Part shown: positions 1-9,726 of the stretch, in pieces
Layout of the letters: each line of letters opens with the position of its first letter
How positions within the stretch are numbered: the first letter of the stretch is position 1
Origin: Candidatus Babeliales bacterium
GTDB taxonomy: Bacteria > Babelota > Babeliae > Babelales > JANWKD01
Reading direction: 5' to 3'
DNA: 64,000 bases
NCBI GenBank assembly: GCA_963722075.1
Contig: CAVRJM010000001.1
Span: 1,088,001-1,152,000, forward strand
Position numbers and translations under genes: made by a program
Notes under the pieces: generated by a model
The model's input: only the letters and a program-made list of their open reading frames with translations
What the model was told of the DNA's origin: nothing
Database searches by the model: none

Positions 1-59
1 CATAACCGTTCGCCTTTACCACCAGCCAGAATAACCCCATAAATTGATGGCGTATTCAC
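1..59 (-). CDS. Mannose-1-phosphate guanylyltransferase / NTP-transferase, 5' end (partial, runs off window)
   Basis: Not in ORF track. A GTG start overlaps the upstream TGA (GTGA) and reads VNTPSIYGVILAGGKGERLW, the ILAGGxGxRLW nucleotidyltransferase motif. Confidence 0.8.
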   Translation of the reverse strand, partial: MNTPSIYGVILAGGKGERL

Positions 60-793
60 AATGGTTTTTCCATATTTTTTCGTTTATTACCTTTTATGCG
101 ATCTAGCAAGAGAACAAAAAATTGTTTTGCAACCTCAGCCATAATTTTAACTGACAGCTTTGATTTTCCTTCTTGCCGATTACGTGCCAAAATAGGAACT
201 TCAGCAATAGCAGCTCCCGATTGCTTAAAGCGATACAATGATTCCATACAAAAAGCAAAACCGCGCGATTGTACCATATTAAACACCGTTGGTCTCAAAA
301 TCGAAACCTTATACAAGCGATAGGCACCAGTACAATCATAGGGCATACCAAGGCCATATTTAATCATAGAACGCCAAAAATAAGTGAAGGGGAGTCTAAT
401 TTTATTCCATCCTTCCATTTTGCCGCCACTAATATAACGTGAACCGATAACAATATCGGCCAGCTTTTTTTGTTCGATTAATTTAGGAATATAACACGGA
501 TCATGCGTAAAATCCGCATCCATGGTAATTAAATAGTGATATGAATGTTGCAAGGCATAATTAAAACCAGCAATATGTGCGGTGCCCAGCCCCAATTTTG
601 CAGGGCGATGGAGTACATGTACCGTTGCATCTTGTGCCCGTAATTCATCAAGTAATTTACCAGTGTGGTCAGGCGAATTATCATCACAAAAGAGTATATC
701 AAGTTCAGGCGAAATATTTTTAATTTCTTTGTATAGGCGCAGAACATTGCCATATTCATTATAGGTAGGAATGAATACGAGTATTTTATCCAT
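56..793 (-). CDS. GT2 polyprenol-phosphate mannose synthase (DPM1-like)
   Basis: IPTYNE, DDNSPD, MDADFTHDP and GSRY motifs; likely start MDKIL at 793. Confidence 0.9.
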   Translation of the reverse strand: MDKILVFIPTYNEYGNVLRLYKEIKNISPELDILFCDDNSPDHTGKLLDELRAQDATVHVLHRPAKLGLGTAHIAGFNYALQHSYHYLITMDADFTHDPCYIPKLIEQKKLADIVIGSRYISGGKMEGWNKIRLPFTYFWRSMIKYGLGMPYDCTGAYRLYKVSILRPTVFNMVQSRGFAFCMESLYRFKQSGAAIAEVPILARNRQEGKSKLSVKIMAEVAKQFFVLLLDRIKGNKRKNMEKPL

Positions 794-1014
794 AAAATTC
801 ACTTTTTATACATTTATTTAACATAAAAATAGTATAACATAGCAGATTTTTTTGACTAGGATGGGTAATTTTATTCAAGAAAAGAATGCGTTTATGAGCT
901 TCACTACTACAATTCCTTCTTAGCTTGAACTCAAAACTATTCATCTTTAAAAAAAAATCAAGTTATTTCTGTTATTTGGGTGAACTTAGAAACAGTTATA
1001 AAAATAAAAAACCA

Positions 1015-1158
1015 TGTCATCCTGAGGAGCCAAGGCGACGTAAGGATCCAGGAATAAAATGAAAAATTCTTATAAATGGATCCAGCCTACGCTTATCCAC
1101 GCCTACCGGTTTGGCAAGCTACGGCGGACGCAGTCCCCACGCTTCGCATGGAATGACA
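1015..1158. repeat. Palindromic intergenic repeat pair (TGTCATCCTGAG...GGATCCAG / TGGATCC...GAATGACA) with nested GC-rich hairpin
   Basis: Inverted units bracket an AT-rich spacer; the same family recurs about 10 times in the window. Confidence 0.85.
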
Positions 1159-1176
1159 GGGACAGTTATTTTAAAT

Positions 1177-2115
1177 TTAAGAGCGCAAGAGTTTCACTAA
1201 TTGAGTAAAATCTGCAGGAGGCTCTTGGGTAAATGAATAGTGATTACCTTCGAAATCAAAAGATAATGAAAAAGCATGCAATGCTTGTCTATTTATTAAT
1301 TTTGACGAGGTACCATAGAGGGTATCGCCCATTATGGGATGACCAATGGCAGCACTATGTACCCGAATTTGATGAGTGCGCCCAGTTACCGGATGAAACG
1401 CCACTAAAGCGCTATCAGCAAAGTACTCTAACACTGTATAATGGGTAAGCGACGGGCGCCCTACGCCTAATATTGAGCGCATTTTAATACGGTATAATGG
1501 ATTACGATCAATAGATAAAGAAATAGAGCCTTCTTTTGGTGGATGGCCTTTTACAACCGCATGATACGTTTTTGTTATTAATCTGTTTTTAAATAAGGAA
1601 CTTAGTAGCTCATGGGCATAATTATTGCGAGAAACAACCAGCAACCCTGAAGTATCCTTATCTAATCTATGTACAATTCCAGGCCGATCTTCATGGCCAA
1701 CCTTCTTTATCTCCTGAAAACGCGAAACCAACCAATCCACTAAGGTTACTTCAAGATTAGATTTGCTGGGGGCATGTACTGATAAAGCCGATGGCTTATT
1801 GATAATTAAAAAATGCTCATGCTCATAAATAATCTCTACAGGAAGGTCTGAGGGTATCTGCTTTTCACCTATAACTGGCTTTTCTGGAGGAAATTGTACC
1901 GTCACCACATCATTGGTTTTAAGAGTAATGCTGGGCTTAGTAGCAATAATACCATTTATATGAACGCCATTATTATCAATGAGCTTCTTAAAGAACGTAC
2001 GTGAATAACAGCTAAATTGAGCAGACAAATAACTATCAAGCCGCTGACTTGCGGTTACCGTTAAAGAAAAATAGCTGTTAGAAGGAACAAGTCCATTTAC
2101 CAATCCATTTATCAT
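1177..2115 (-). CDS. rluD: RluA/RluD family pseudouridine synthase
   Basis: N-terminal S4 domain (RLDSYL), HRLDKDTSG, TGRTHQIRVH, GDTLYG and QALHA motifs. Confidence 0.9.
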   Translation of the reverse strand: MINGLVNGLVPSNSYFSLTVTASQRLDSYLSAQFSCYSRTFFKKLIDNNGVHINGIIATKPSITLKTNDVVTVQFPPEKPVIGEKQIPSDLPVEIIYEHEHFLIINKPSALSVHAPSKSNLEVTLVDWLVSRFQEIKKVGHEDRPGIVHRLDKDTSGLLVVSRNNYAHELLSSLFKNRLITKTYHAVVKGHPPKEGSISLSIDRNPLYRIKMRSILGVGRPSLTHYTVLEYFADSALVAFHPVTGRTHQIRVHSAAIGHPIMGDTLYGTSSKLINRQALHAFSLSFDFEGNHYSFTQEPPADFTQLVKLLRS

Positions 2116-2204
2116 CGATATCCTTTTTTTATCTTTTTTAGCATATATATGGTATTTTTAATGTAATTCAGTTTTAGTATTGCCTTTAATTTCTCTGGTA
2201 AATT

Positions 2205-2346
2205 TGTCATCCTGAGCGTTAGCGTAAGGATCCAGTGAATAAATAATGAGTCTTTATTTTATAACTGGATTCTCATCCGTCTTCGTTAAAACTTCGCCGG
2301 GACAAGCGTCCCGCCTTAGCCTTGGTGGTGGCGGATCAGAATGACA
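2205..2346. repeat. Palindromic repeat pair with nested second-class hairpin
   Basis: TGTCATCCTGAGCGTTAGCGTAAGGATCCAG ... CTGGATTCTC-[insert]-CAGAATGACA. Confidence 0.85.
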
Positions 2347-2506
2347 TCTAGGATCTCTTAGATCGAATTCATATGTATTCTTAATATTATTAGTTAACGT
2401 TTTTAAAGTCAAATGGACATTAACCCAATAAATTTGCTATAGTTTAACTATAGGGTGAAAGCATAATTGTTTACAGGTTGTTTTATGATGAGAAGGTGGC
2501 TGCATA

Positions 2507-3862
2507 ATGGAACCAAGAATTGTTTTAGAGCACATTGAGCATAATGTGCGTGATGTTATTATGCGCAAAACACCAGAATATGAAGAACTCTGGAATAGAT
2601 TTCTGCAAATCCATCCTGCCGATATTGCGCAATTCATAACTGATATTGATAAAGATGATGCTCAAGCACTCTTTATAGCGCTTCCTAATGAGTTAAAATT
2701 GGCGGTATTTGAAAACTTTTCTAATTCTATGCGCTATTTTGTTCTTTCTATATCTGAAGATCGCGATAAAGTAGCCATTTTAAATGCTACTCCTATTGAT
2801 GAATTAACCGATCTTTTTGACTCCTTATCTAACCAAGAATTAAAAGAATATCTCCTTTTTCTAAATGCCCATGACCGCCAGAGGGTACTTTCCTTATTAG
2901 AATTTGACCCTGAATCAGTAGGGGGTATTATGGATACGGATGTGCTCACCTTGCGTCAAGACTTTACGGTGGAAAAGAGCATTCATGTGTTACAGCGGCT
3001 CAAACCACGATTAGAACTTCATCAACAAATTTATGTGGTGGATCATGAAAATAAATTAGTAGGCCATATTGGCTTGGAAGATTTAGTTCTTAAAAGCCCT
3101 GCAGCACGCCTCAATTCATTTTTGCGCAAGAATGAATTAGTTGCCCATGTTACTGAAGATCAAGAAACAATTGCAAAGAAGATGATTCATTATCACTTAA
3201 TGACCGTCCCGGTAGTAGGCGAAAACAACTACTTTTTAGGCGTAATTCCGAGTGAAACGCTCGTAGCTATTATAGAACATGAGGCCAGCGAAGACGTTTA
3301 CCGCATTTCAGCGATGACGCCAATAACAAAAACCTATTTTGAAACATCATTTTTTAGAATATTTTACGAACGCAGTTATATTTTAATTATTTTATTACTC
3401 GCCCAATCACTCTCTACGATGATTATTAAATATTATGAAGCAACCCTTGAAGGGTTTTTTATGCTGTTTATCACGATGCTCACCAGTACCGGCGGCAACA
3501 CCAGCAGCCAAACATCTGCACTCGTTATTCAGGGTATGGCTTCGGGGGAAATTAATGAATCAAATACCCCACGCTTTTTAAATCGTGAAATGCGTATGGC
3601 GCTTATGATTGCAGCTATATTAGGAATTTTTTCATTTTTACGCGTTTATTTTACCTACGGCCATCTGTATGAAAGCTTTTTAGTCAGCTTATCACTTTTC
3701 ATGATCGTGCTTGTTTCGGTGGTTTTAGGAAGTTGCATTCCTATTGCCTTAAAACGTTTTAATATAGACCCTGCCTTTGCAGCAGGGCCATTTTTAGCAA
3801 CGATAATGGATATTACCGGGCTGCTCATTTATTGTTATATTTGTAGGTTGTTATTACCGTAA
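2507..3862 (+). CDS. mgtE: Magnesium transporter MgtE
   Basis: HPADIA N-domain, CBS pair, GGNTSSQ, DPAFAAGPFLATIMD. Confidence 0.95.
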   Translation: MEPRIVLEHIEHNVRDVIMRKTPEYEELWNRFLQIHPADIAQFITDIDKDDAQALFIALPNELKLAVFENFSNSMRYFVLSISEDRDKVAILNATPIDELTDLFDSLSNQELKEYLLFLNAHDRQRVLSLLEFDPESVGGIMDTDVLTLRQDFTVEKSIHVLQRLKPRLELHQQIYVVDHENKLVGHIGLEDLVLKSPAARLNSFLRKNELVAHVTEDQETIAKKMIHYHLMTVPVVGENNYFLGVIPSETLVAIIEHEASEDVYRISAMTPITKTYFETSFFRIFYERSYILIILLLAQSLSTMIIKYYEATLEGFFMLFITMLTSTGGNTSSQTSALVIQGMASGEINESNTPRFLNREMRMALMIAAILGIFSFLRVYFTYGHLYESFLVSLSLFMIVLVSVVLGSCIPIALKRFNIDPAFAAGPFLATIMDITGLLIYCYICRLLLP

Positions 3863-4684
3863 TTATTCCTTTATTGTCTTAATAAGACGTTTTGCCTCTT
3901 GCCATTCTTTATCATTTTCTTCTGATTGTTTTATAAGTTGCGCTATATGAGAGAAAATAGTGCTTTGGTTAACAAGCTGAGGAATTCTTTTATTAGCGAT
4001 ATCGATAACCTGTGACAATAAACCATTTTCTTGCGCAGCGTACAATTCATTTTGTAACGTTTTAAGTTTTTGAGTACGTTTAGGATCACGTGCATGCGCC
4101 ATACTAAAAATATCCGTACCCAAATAATGGACCATACTATATGCAAGGTCATGCTTTTTAAGATCAATTGCTTTATTTATAATCTCATCTTCAGGTTTTT
4201 CCATCCATTTATTTACAAGCTCTTCAAGAGAAAATTCACTTGCAAGACGCGTAGCCGGAGACATAGATTCCATTATTGATTCCATTATTGTTGCGGGTTT
4301 GCGTTCACCAATAACTGATGCTCGAGCAGGTTTTTCTTCTTTTTTTTCTTTTTCCAATTGTCTCAACTCGCGTTGTATTCTACGAGCTTTAGCAAACTCA
4401 TACGAATCCTTAACAAAATCGCGCTTGTCTCTAAGCTTATTTATTTGATCATTACTTATATCAGCAAATTTTCCTTCAAGTTTCCCCACTAAAATTTTTT
4501 CAATTAATCCATTTAAGTCAAGCATAATATTCAGAATAACTGATTCATTACTAATGTTCATGGCTACTGGCTCGAATTGCGTTACATAATAATATATTCG
4601 CTCCCGTATGGGCGATTCCATTGCTGCAACATTTAACGTAATAAATAGTAATAAACCAGGGATATAACGTGAGTAGTTTTTCAT
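3863..4684 (-). CDS. Secreted hypothetical protein (paralog of 4801..5289)
   Basis: Signal peptide followed by MES; C-terminal half aligns by eye with the neighbour; AGGAGG RBS. Confidence 0.75.
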   Translation of the reverse strand: MKNYSRYIPGLLLFITLNVAAMESPIRERIYYYVTQFEPVAMNISNESVILNIMLDLNGLIEKILVGKLEGKFADISNDQINKLRDKRDFVKDSYEFAKARRIQRELRQLEKEKKEEKPARASVIGERKPATIMESIMESMSPATRLASEFSLEELVNKWMEKPEDEIINKAIDLKKHDLAYSMVHYLGTDIFSMAHARDPKRTQKLKTLQNELYAAQENGLLSQVIDIANKRIPQLVNQSTIFSHIAQLIKQSEENDKEWQEAKRLIKTIKE

Positions 4685-4800
4685 AAAACCTCCTTTTTAA
4701 CCTAATTATTTTTAACTCTCTTATGATAATTATACCTTTATTAATACCCTAAATGCAATAGATTGTAGCTGAAAGGGCCTCCCATCGGGCCGCTACACCA

Positions 4801-5289
4801 TTAACTCAATATTATTTTCGATTCTTCTATAAGTTCCGCTAATCGAGAAAAAATAGTAGTTTCATTGATAGATGGTACTGAGCACTTAATAATAGTAACG
4901 ATGTCAGATAGAGACTTATTTATCGACGCCATGCGTAAATCATTTTGCAATGATTTAAGTGTTTTGGTAGTACCAAACTCTGCAACATTAAACGGCTGTT
5001 CAGCGCTCAAATAAGATCGTAACATTTCTCTAATAAGCACTTTTTTAATTTTAATGGCTTCTTTCAACGCTTGATCTGAAGGATCATGCATCGACCTGTA
5101 TATAAGATTTTCTAGAGAATATTCTTCAGCCAGCTGTTCGGATGTTTCAGTTTTTTGGACCTTTGAATGATTCCTTTGATCCTGTACAATGCTTATTTTT
5201 TTTCTTTTATCTAAACCAGAGGATTTCATTGCTAATGCATACATATTGATGAATAGTAACAATAATGTTAAGAAGGCGGCAGTATTCAT
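4801..5289 (-). CDS. Secreted hypothetical protein (paralog of 3863..4684)
   Basis: Signal peptide followed by MKS; shared LAxE(Y/F)SLE, LKxLQNxL and TIFS motifs. Confidence 0.75.
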   Translation of the reverse strand: MNTAAFLTLLLLFINMYALAMKSSGLDKRKKISIVQDQRNHSKVQKTETSEQLAEEYSLENLIYRSMHDPSDQALKEAIKIKKVLIREMLRSYLSAEQPFNVAEFGTTKTLKSLQNDLRMASINKSLSDIVTIIKCSVPSINETTIFSRLAELIEESKIILS

Positions 5290-5452
5290 AAGAACCTCAT
5301 ACTAACTACTTTGGATCCTTTTATTATTTTTAATATTATTGCAAAATTGATTCAATAATTAAAACAAAACTATCTTTTTATATATTGATTCTTCTAAAAT
5401 AAATTAACGATTATAATTACCATAATAAAGCAAACAAAAAGAGGAATTATAA

Positions 5453-5851
5453 ATGAGTATAGAGTTACATCATCTATTTAAAGCAATTAAAGAACATCGC
5501 ATAGAACAAGTGAAAGTAGCAATAAAAAATGATCAAGCTCTTGTTAACACCAAAGATGATAAACAACATACAGCCCTCACCATTGCAGCAGAATGTGGAA
5601 CTACAGGAATTATTGATGATTTACTTAAGCATGGTGCGCATATCAATTATCAACTTCCGCCACATAAATACACACCGCTCATTATTGCGGTTCGCGCAGG
5701 CCAACTTGATATAGTCAAATATCTGCTTAGTCATGGTGCCAATATTCAGCTCACGGATGATCAAGGAAAAACCGCATTATGGCATGCACAACAACAAAAA
5801 CAACAAGATATTATTACTTTTCTTCAACAAAAAGCAGAAGGCAAATCTTAA
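5453..5851 (+). CDS. Ankyrin repeat protein
   Basis: TALTIAA, TPLIIAV, GKTALW and GANI repeats. Confidence 0.9.
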   Translation: MSIELHHLFKAIKEHRIEQVKVAIKNDQALVNTKDDKQHTALTIAAECGTTGIIDDLLKHGAHINYQLPPHKYTPLIIAVRAGQLDIVKYLLSHGANIQLTDDQGKTALWHAQQQKQQDIITFLQQKAEGKS

Positions 5852-5870
5852 ATCTAAAAAGGTTTTTAGT

Positions 5871-6833
5871 ATGAATAATAAGCCAGTTCTCGATCCAATT
5901 ATACAGAAATTTGTTGATGCGCTTGCCAAACAAGGAGGCAAGCCGCTGTATACCTTATCATTTGCAGATGCGCGCAAAGTACTCGATGATGTACAATCAG
6001 GATCGGTGACAACATTGCCCGCTGATATTGAAGATCGTACCATTTTAGAAGGCACCAAAAACGCGGTTACTATTCGTATCATTCGCCCTAAGGGAAATAA
6101 AGACGTGTTGCCCGTAGTTATTTATATGCATGGTGGCGGTTGGATACTCGGTAATAAAAAAACACATGATCGATTAGTTCGCGAGATCGCCAATGGTGCA
6201 CAGGCGGCCGTCATCTTTGTAGATTATACCCCAGCACCAGAAGGACAATATCCGCTCGCTCATGAACAAGGCTACGCCGCTGCCCAATGGGCTAAAGAGC
6301 ACAGTAAAGAACTTAATATTGATAGTTCTCGTATGGCAATTGCCGGAGATAGCGTTGGCGGACTTATGGCAACAGCAATAGCAATGATGGCATACGAGCG
6401 CGGCGGACCGCGTTTTATTTTTCAACTCCTCTTTTACCCGGTAACTGATGCCCGTTTTGATACACCGTCATATATACAGTTTGCACAAGGCCCATGGCTT
6501 ACAAAATCTGCAATGGAATGGTTTTGGGATGCATATGTGCCTAATAAAGCAGACCGCACTAATCCATTGGTAGCGCCATTAAAAGCCTCATTAGATCAGC
6601 TCAAGCACCTACCACCCGCATTAGTATTTACCAATGAAGTTGATGTTCTGCGTGACGAAGGTGAAGCGTATGCACATAAACTTATGCAAGCGGGAGTACC
6701 CGTTGCTGCGTTTCGCGCCCTTGGTATGATGCATGATTGTGTAATGATTAATGCTATCACGCAAGCACCAGCAGTGCGTTCGATGATTGATCAGGCAAAT
6801 CGAACATTATTAGAAGTTTTTGCAAAAAAATAA
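5871..6833 (+). CDS. Hormone-sensitive-lipase family alpha/beta hydrolase (esterase)
   Basis: HGGGW oxyanion motif, GDSVGG nucleophile, DVLRDEG and catalytic His; likely start MNNKP at 5871. Confidence 0.92.
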   Translation: MNNKPVLDPIIQKFVDALAKQGGKPLYTLSFADARKVLDDVQSGSVTTLPADIEDRTILEGTKNAVTIRIIRPKGNKDVLPVVIYMHGGGWILGNKKTHDRLVREIANGAQAAVIFVDYTPAPEGQYPLAHEQGYAAAQWAKEHSKELNIDSSRMAIAGDSVGGLMATAIAMMAYERGGPRFIFQLLFYPVTDARFDTPSYIQFAQGPWLTKSAMEWFWDAYVPNKADRTNPLVAPLKASLDQLKHLPPALVFTNEVDVLRDEGEAYAHKLMQAGVPVAAFRALGMMHDCVMINAITQAPAVRSMIDQANRTLLEVFAKK

Positions 6834-6850
6834 CATATAAAGAGATAAAA

Positions 6851-7480
6851 ATGTTCCAGGATCGTTTCGATGCCGCAGAAAAACTCGTTCCTCTTTTAGA
6901 AAAATATAAAAACAACGCTAACGCAATTATACTTGCTATACCGCGCGGCGCCCTTGAACTTGGGTATGTGCTTGCCAAAAAATTACAGCTGCCTTTGGAT
7001 GTTATTTTTACTAAAAAAATAGGCTTTCCTGGTAATCCTGAATACGCAATTGGCGCTGCTAGCGAACGTCATGTCTTCTTAAATCCCCCTTTTAATACTA
7101 TGCCAGATCTTAAAGATTATATAACAGATGAAGTTAAAAAAATTCGAACTATCATCAAAGAACGTAACGAAACCTACCGCAAGGGCATGTCTCCTTTTGA
7201 TATTAAAGATAAAATCGTACTGGTAGTTGATGACGGCATTGCAACAGGAAATACATTGTTAGCAACAATTGCTCTTATTAAAGAGTACCATCCTAAAAAA
7301 ATTGTTGTAGCGTTACCTGTTGCTCCTGCAGAAGCATTAGAAAAAATTAAAGAACAGGTCGATGAAGTTTTTTGCGTCACTGTCCCAAGAATTTTTCATA
7401 GCGTAAGCCAATTTTACACTCATTTTGAACAAGTTGATGACCACACAGCTATAGAGCTTTTACGGAAAGCACATATATGA
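6851..7480 (+). CDS. Phosphoribosyltransferase (COG1926-like)
   Basis: MFQDRFDA, AIPRGA, VVDDGIATG and FEQVDD motifs. Confidence 0.9.
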   Translation: MFQDRFDAAEKLVPLLEKYKNNANAIILAIPRGALELGYVLAKKLQLPLDVIFTKKIGFPGNPEYAIGAASERHVFLNPPFNTMPDLKDYITDEVKKIRTIIKERNETYRKGMSPFDIKDKIVLVVDDGIATGNTLLATIALIKEYHPKKIVVALPVAPAEALEKIKEQVDEVFCVTVPRIFHSVSQFYTHFEQVDDHTAIELLRKAHI

Positions 7481-8328
7481 TTGTATTTTTTACCAGATCA
7501 GCGCAACACCTTTCTGTTAATAGCAATTTCCCTATTGGATCTTATACCGTAAAACAATTTAGTGATGGAGAGCTTTATCTGAAACTCGAGCAGCATGTTT
7601 CCAAGCAAGAAGTATGGGTAGTTACCTCAACACAACCGCCAGCGGAAAATCTGTTAGAACTATTTTTTTTACTTGATGCTCTTACAACAGCAGGCGCTCA
7701 AAAAATTAATCTCTTTTTTTCTTATTTTGCGTATGCACGCCAGGCACACCCATTACCCGGAGAAGCACGAAGCACCCATCTTATTAGTGAATTTTTACAA
7801 AAATTCCCTATCAACAACATCTCTATTATGCACGTTCATGCAGCTTTTACATTACATTCCTTTTTAAATTTTACCGATATTATTCCGATGGATTTTTTTT
7901 GCAGAGCAGGACAAACGTACGATGTAATTGCAGCACCAGATCAAGGAGCAGCAGAATTTGCTAAAAAAGTTTCCCAGCAATGCCATAAAGAATTTGTTTT
8001 CTTACAAAAAAAGAGACCAAAGCATGAAGCAGTTATTATAGAATCTGTTGTTGGCAATGTAGAAGGAAAAAAAGTGTTGTTAGTTGATGATATAATTGCA
8101 ACAGGAAGCACCATAATCGAAGCCGCGCGCTCATTACTTAATGCAGGAGCATTAGAAGTTTCTGCTGCTGCAACGCATGGTATATTTGCAAATGACGCCT
8201 ATCAAAAACTACAAAAGGGTGGTTTAAAAAAAATATATGTTACCAATTCTTTCAAACAACAGGAAAAAAATAACGTTGAGGTGTATGATATTGCTCATAT
8301 ACTTGAAAAGGTTCTCATAACACCATAA
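7477..8328 (+). CDS. prs: Ribose-phosphate pyrophosphokinase
   Basis: FSDGE, YFAYARQ, APDQGA, LVDDIIATG, ATHGIF and VTNS motifs; ATGA overlap with the upstream PRTase. Confidence 0.88.
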   Translation: MIVFFTRSAQHLSVNSNFPIGSYTVKQFSDGELYLKLEQHVSKQEVWVVTSTQPPAENLLELFFLLDALTTAGAQKINLFFSYFAYARQAHPLPGEARSTHLISEFLQKFPINNISIMHVHAAFTLHSFLNFTDIIPMDFFCRAGQTYDVIAAPDQGAAEFAKKVSQQCHKEFVFLQKKRPKHEAVIIESVVGNVEGKKVLLVDDIIATGSTIIEAARSLLNAGALEVSAAATHGIFANDAYQKLQKGGLKKIYVTNSFKQQEKNNVEVYDIAHILEKVLITP

Positions 8329-8330
8329 AT

Positions 8331-9647
8331 TTATAATCCTGATGGATATGCCTCCGGAGCTTCACCTTCAATCCACATTGAACTTTTTTCAAGGGGCTCA
8401 ACTGCTGAGGTGGTATCATAGTGGATTACTGCATCAAACTGCTGTGCTAATGATGCATAAAAATAATGGCTTTGCCTTTCAGTATGAGGTGCATATACAA
8501 CTCCAATGGCACGTTCCAGCAGTTGTGATGGTACTATATTTTTATCAGATAATAATAATAAAAATGGCGAAATGCCAACCTGATGAAAAAGATGTTCATA
8601 ACTTTTTGGCAATGCATCTCTAATAATTTTTCTCTCAACAGGCATATGCCAATCAGAAGCGGCAGAAACGGTGCCATTATAAGTGGTAAAGCCGACACTA
8701 TATGCCTTTTTATTGAACTGTTCTTTAACTAACTGTCCAATATTAAATTCACCATGCGAAGCCATTTGCGTTGCTGCTGCATTACCAATGTGTGAATTGT
8801 GAGCCCAAATAATTATCTTTGGATGTAATTTATTAGTAGTGTAATAGCGTGTAATTTCCATCACCGTCTCCATCATATGAGCATCCCGCAGGTTCCAATT
8901 ATTTACTTCTTCAAAAAAAAGAGTGCGGTAATAGGCTTCAGCATTTTTTACCACGCGCGCATTTTGTAGAAGATAAAAAGATTCGTTTTCAGTCAACTTT
9001 TTTTCTTTAATTAAGTGCCATGCTTTTTTCCCCATCTCATTTAACTCTGCCATTACTTGTTCTTGGCATGATTTTAAGGGCTTAAAAACAGAATAGCCGT
9101 AAAGAGTTGGGTCCTGTCGAAATTGCTCCAAACAGGCATAATTATGTCTGGCTTGCGCTGCAGCAGCAGTGTCTATTTTTTCAAGATGGGTAATAATAGT
9201 ATCAATCGATTTATAGAGACTATAAAGATCAAGTCCATAAAAATGTATTCGTTGTGCTTCGGGTATTTGTGCATTATAACTTTTTAACCATTCAACGAAT
9301 GAAGTTACCGGAACATTTTGCCACATCCAGGTGGGAAACTTATCAAAAGAAGCGAGCGCCTGGTTAGCAGTTTTGTATTGAGTCTCACCGAGAATATAAT
9401 TATTAATCTGATAGGCATCTGGCCAATCACCTTCGATTGCAATAATATTAAAATGTTTTTCGTGGATAAGCTTTTTTGAAATCTCAGCACGAAGCATATA
9501 AAATTCGTGAGTTCCATGCGTTGCTTCTCCAAGAAGAACTATTTGTGCATCTCCTATATCTTCTAATAATGCAGCATACGCAGCTTCATCAAACAGTCTC
9601 GCTGATCTTTTAATTTTTTCTACGCTCTCAGATTCATGTTTCATCAA
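8331..9647 (-). CDS. Erythromycin esterase family protein
   Basis: LLGEATHGTHEFY, EGDWPDA, WNLRD, WAHNSHIG and ERAIGVVY motifs. Confidence 0.92.
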   Translation of the reverse strand: MMKHESESVEKIKRSARLFDEAAYAALLEDIGDAQIVLLGEATHGTHEFYMLRAEISKKLIHEKHFNIIAIEGDWPDAYQINNYILGETQYKTANQALASFDKFPTWMWQNVPVTSFVEWLKSYNAQIPEAQRIHFYGLDLYSLYKSIDTIITHLEKIDTAAAAQARHNYACLEQFRQDPTLYGYSVFKPLKSCQEQVMAELNEMGKKAWHLIKEKKLTENESFYLLQNARVVKNAEAYYRTLFFEEVNNWNLRDAHMMETVMEITRYYTTNKLHPKIIIWAHNSHIGNAAATQMASHGEFNIGQLVKEQFNKKAYSVGFTTYNGTVSAASDWHMPVERKIIRDALPKSYEHLFHQVGISPFLLLLSDKNIVPSQLLERAIGVVYAPHTERQSHYFYASLAQQFDAVIHYDTTSAVEPLEKSSMWIEGEAPEAYPSGL

Positions 9648-9726
9648 AATCCTTAATTTTAGAATGATTTTTTTTATATAGTAAAAAAATAATTATCATC
9701 TTAAGTCAAAAATAAATGGGAGCCGT

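Noticed and set aside
8331..9647. Macrolide-resistance gene (ereA/ereB)
   Set aside because: The motifs fit the broad uncharacterised subfamily associated with PRTases, and there is no evidence for resistance.
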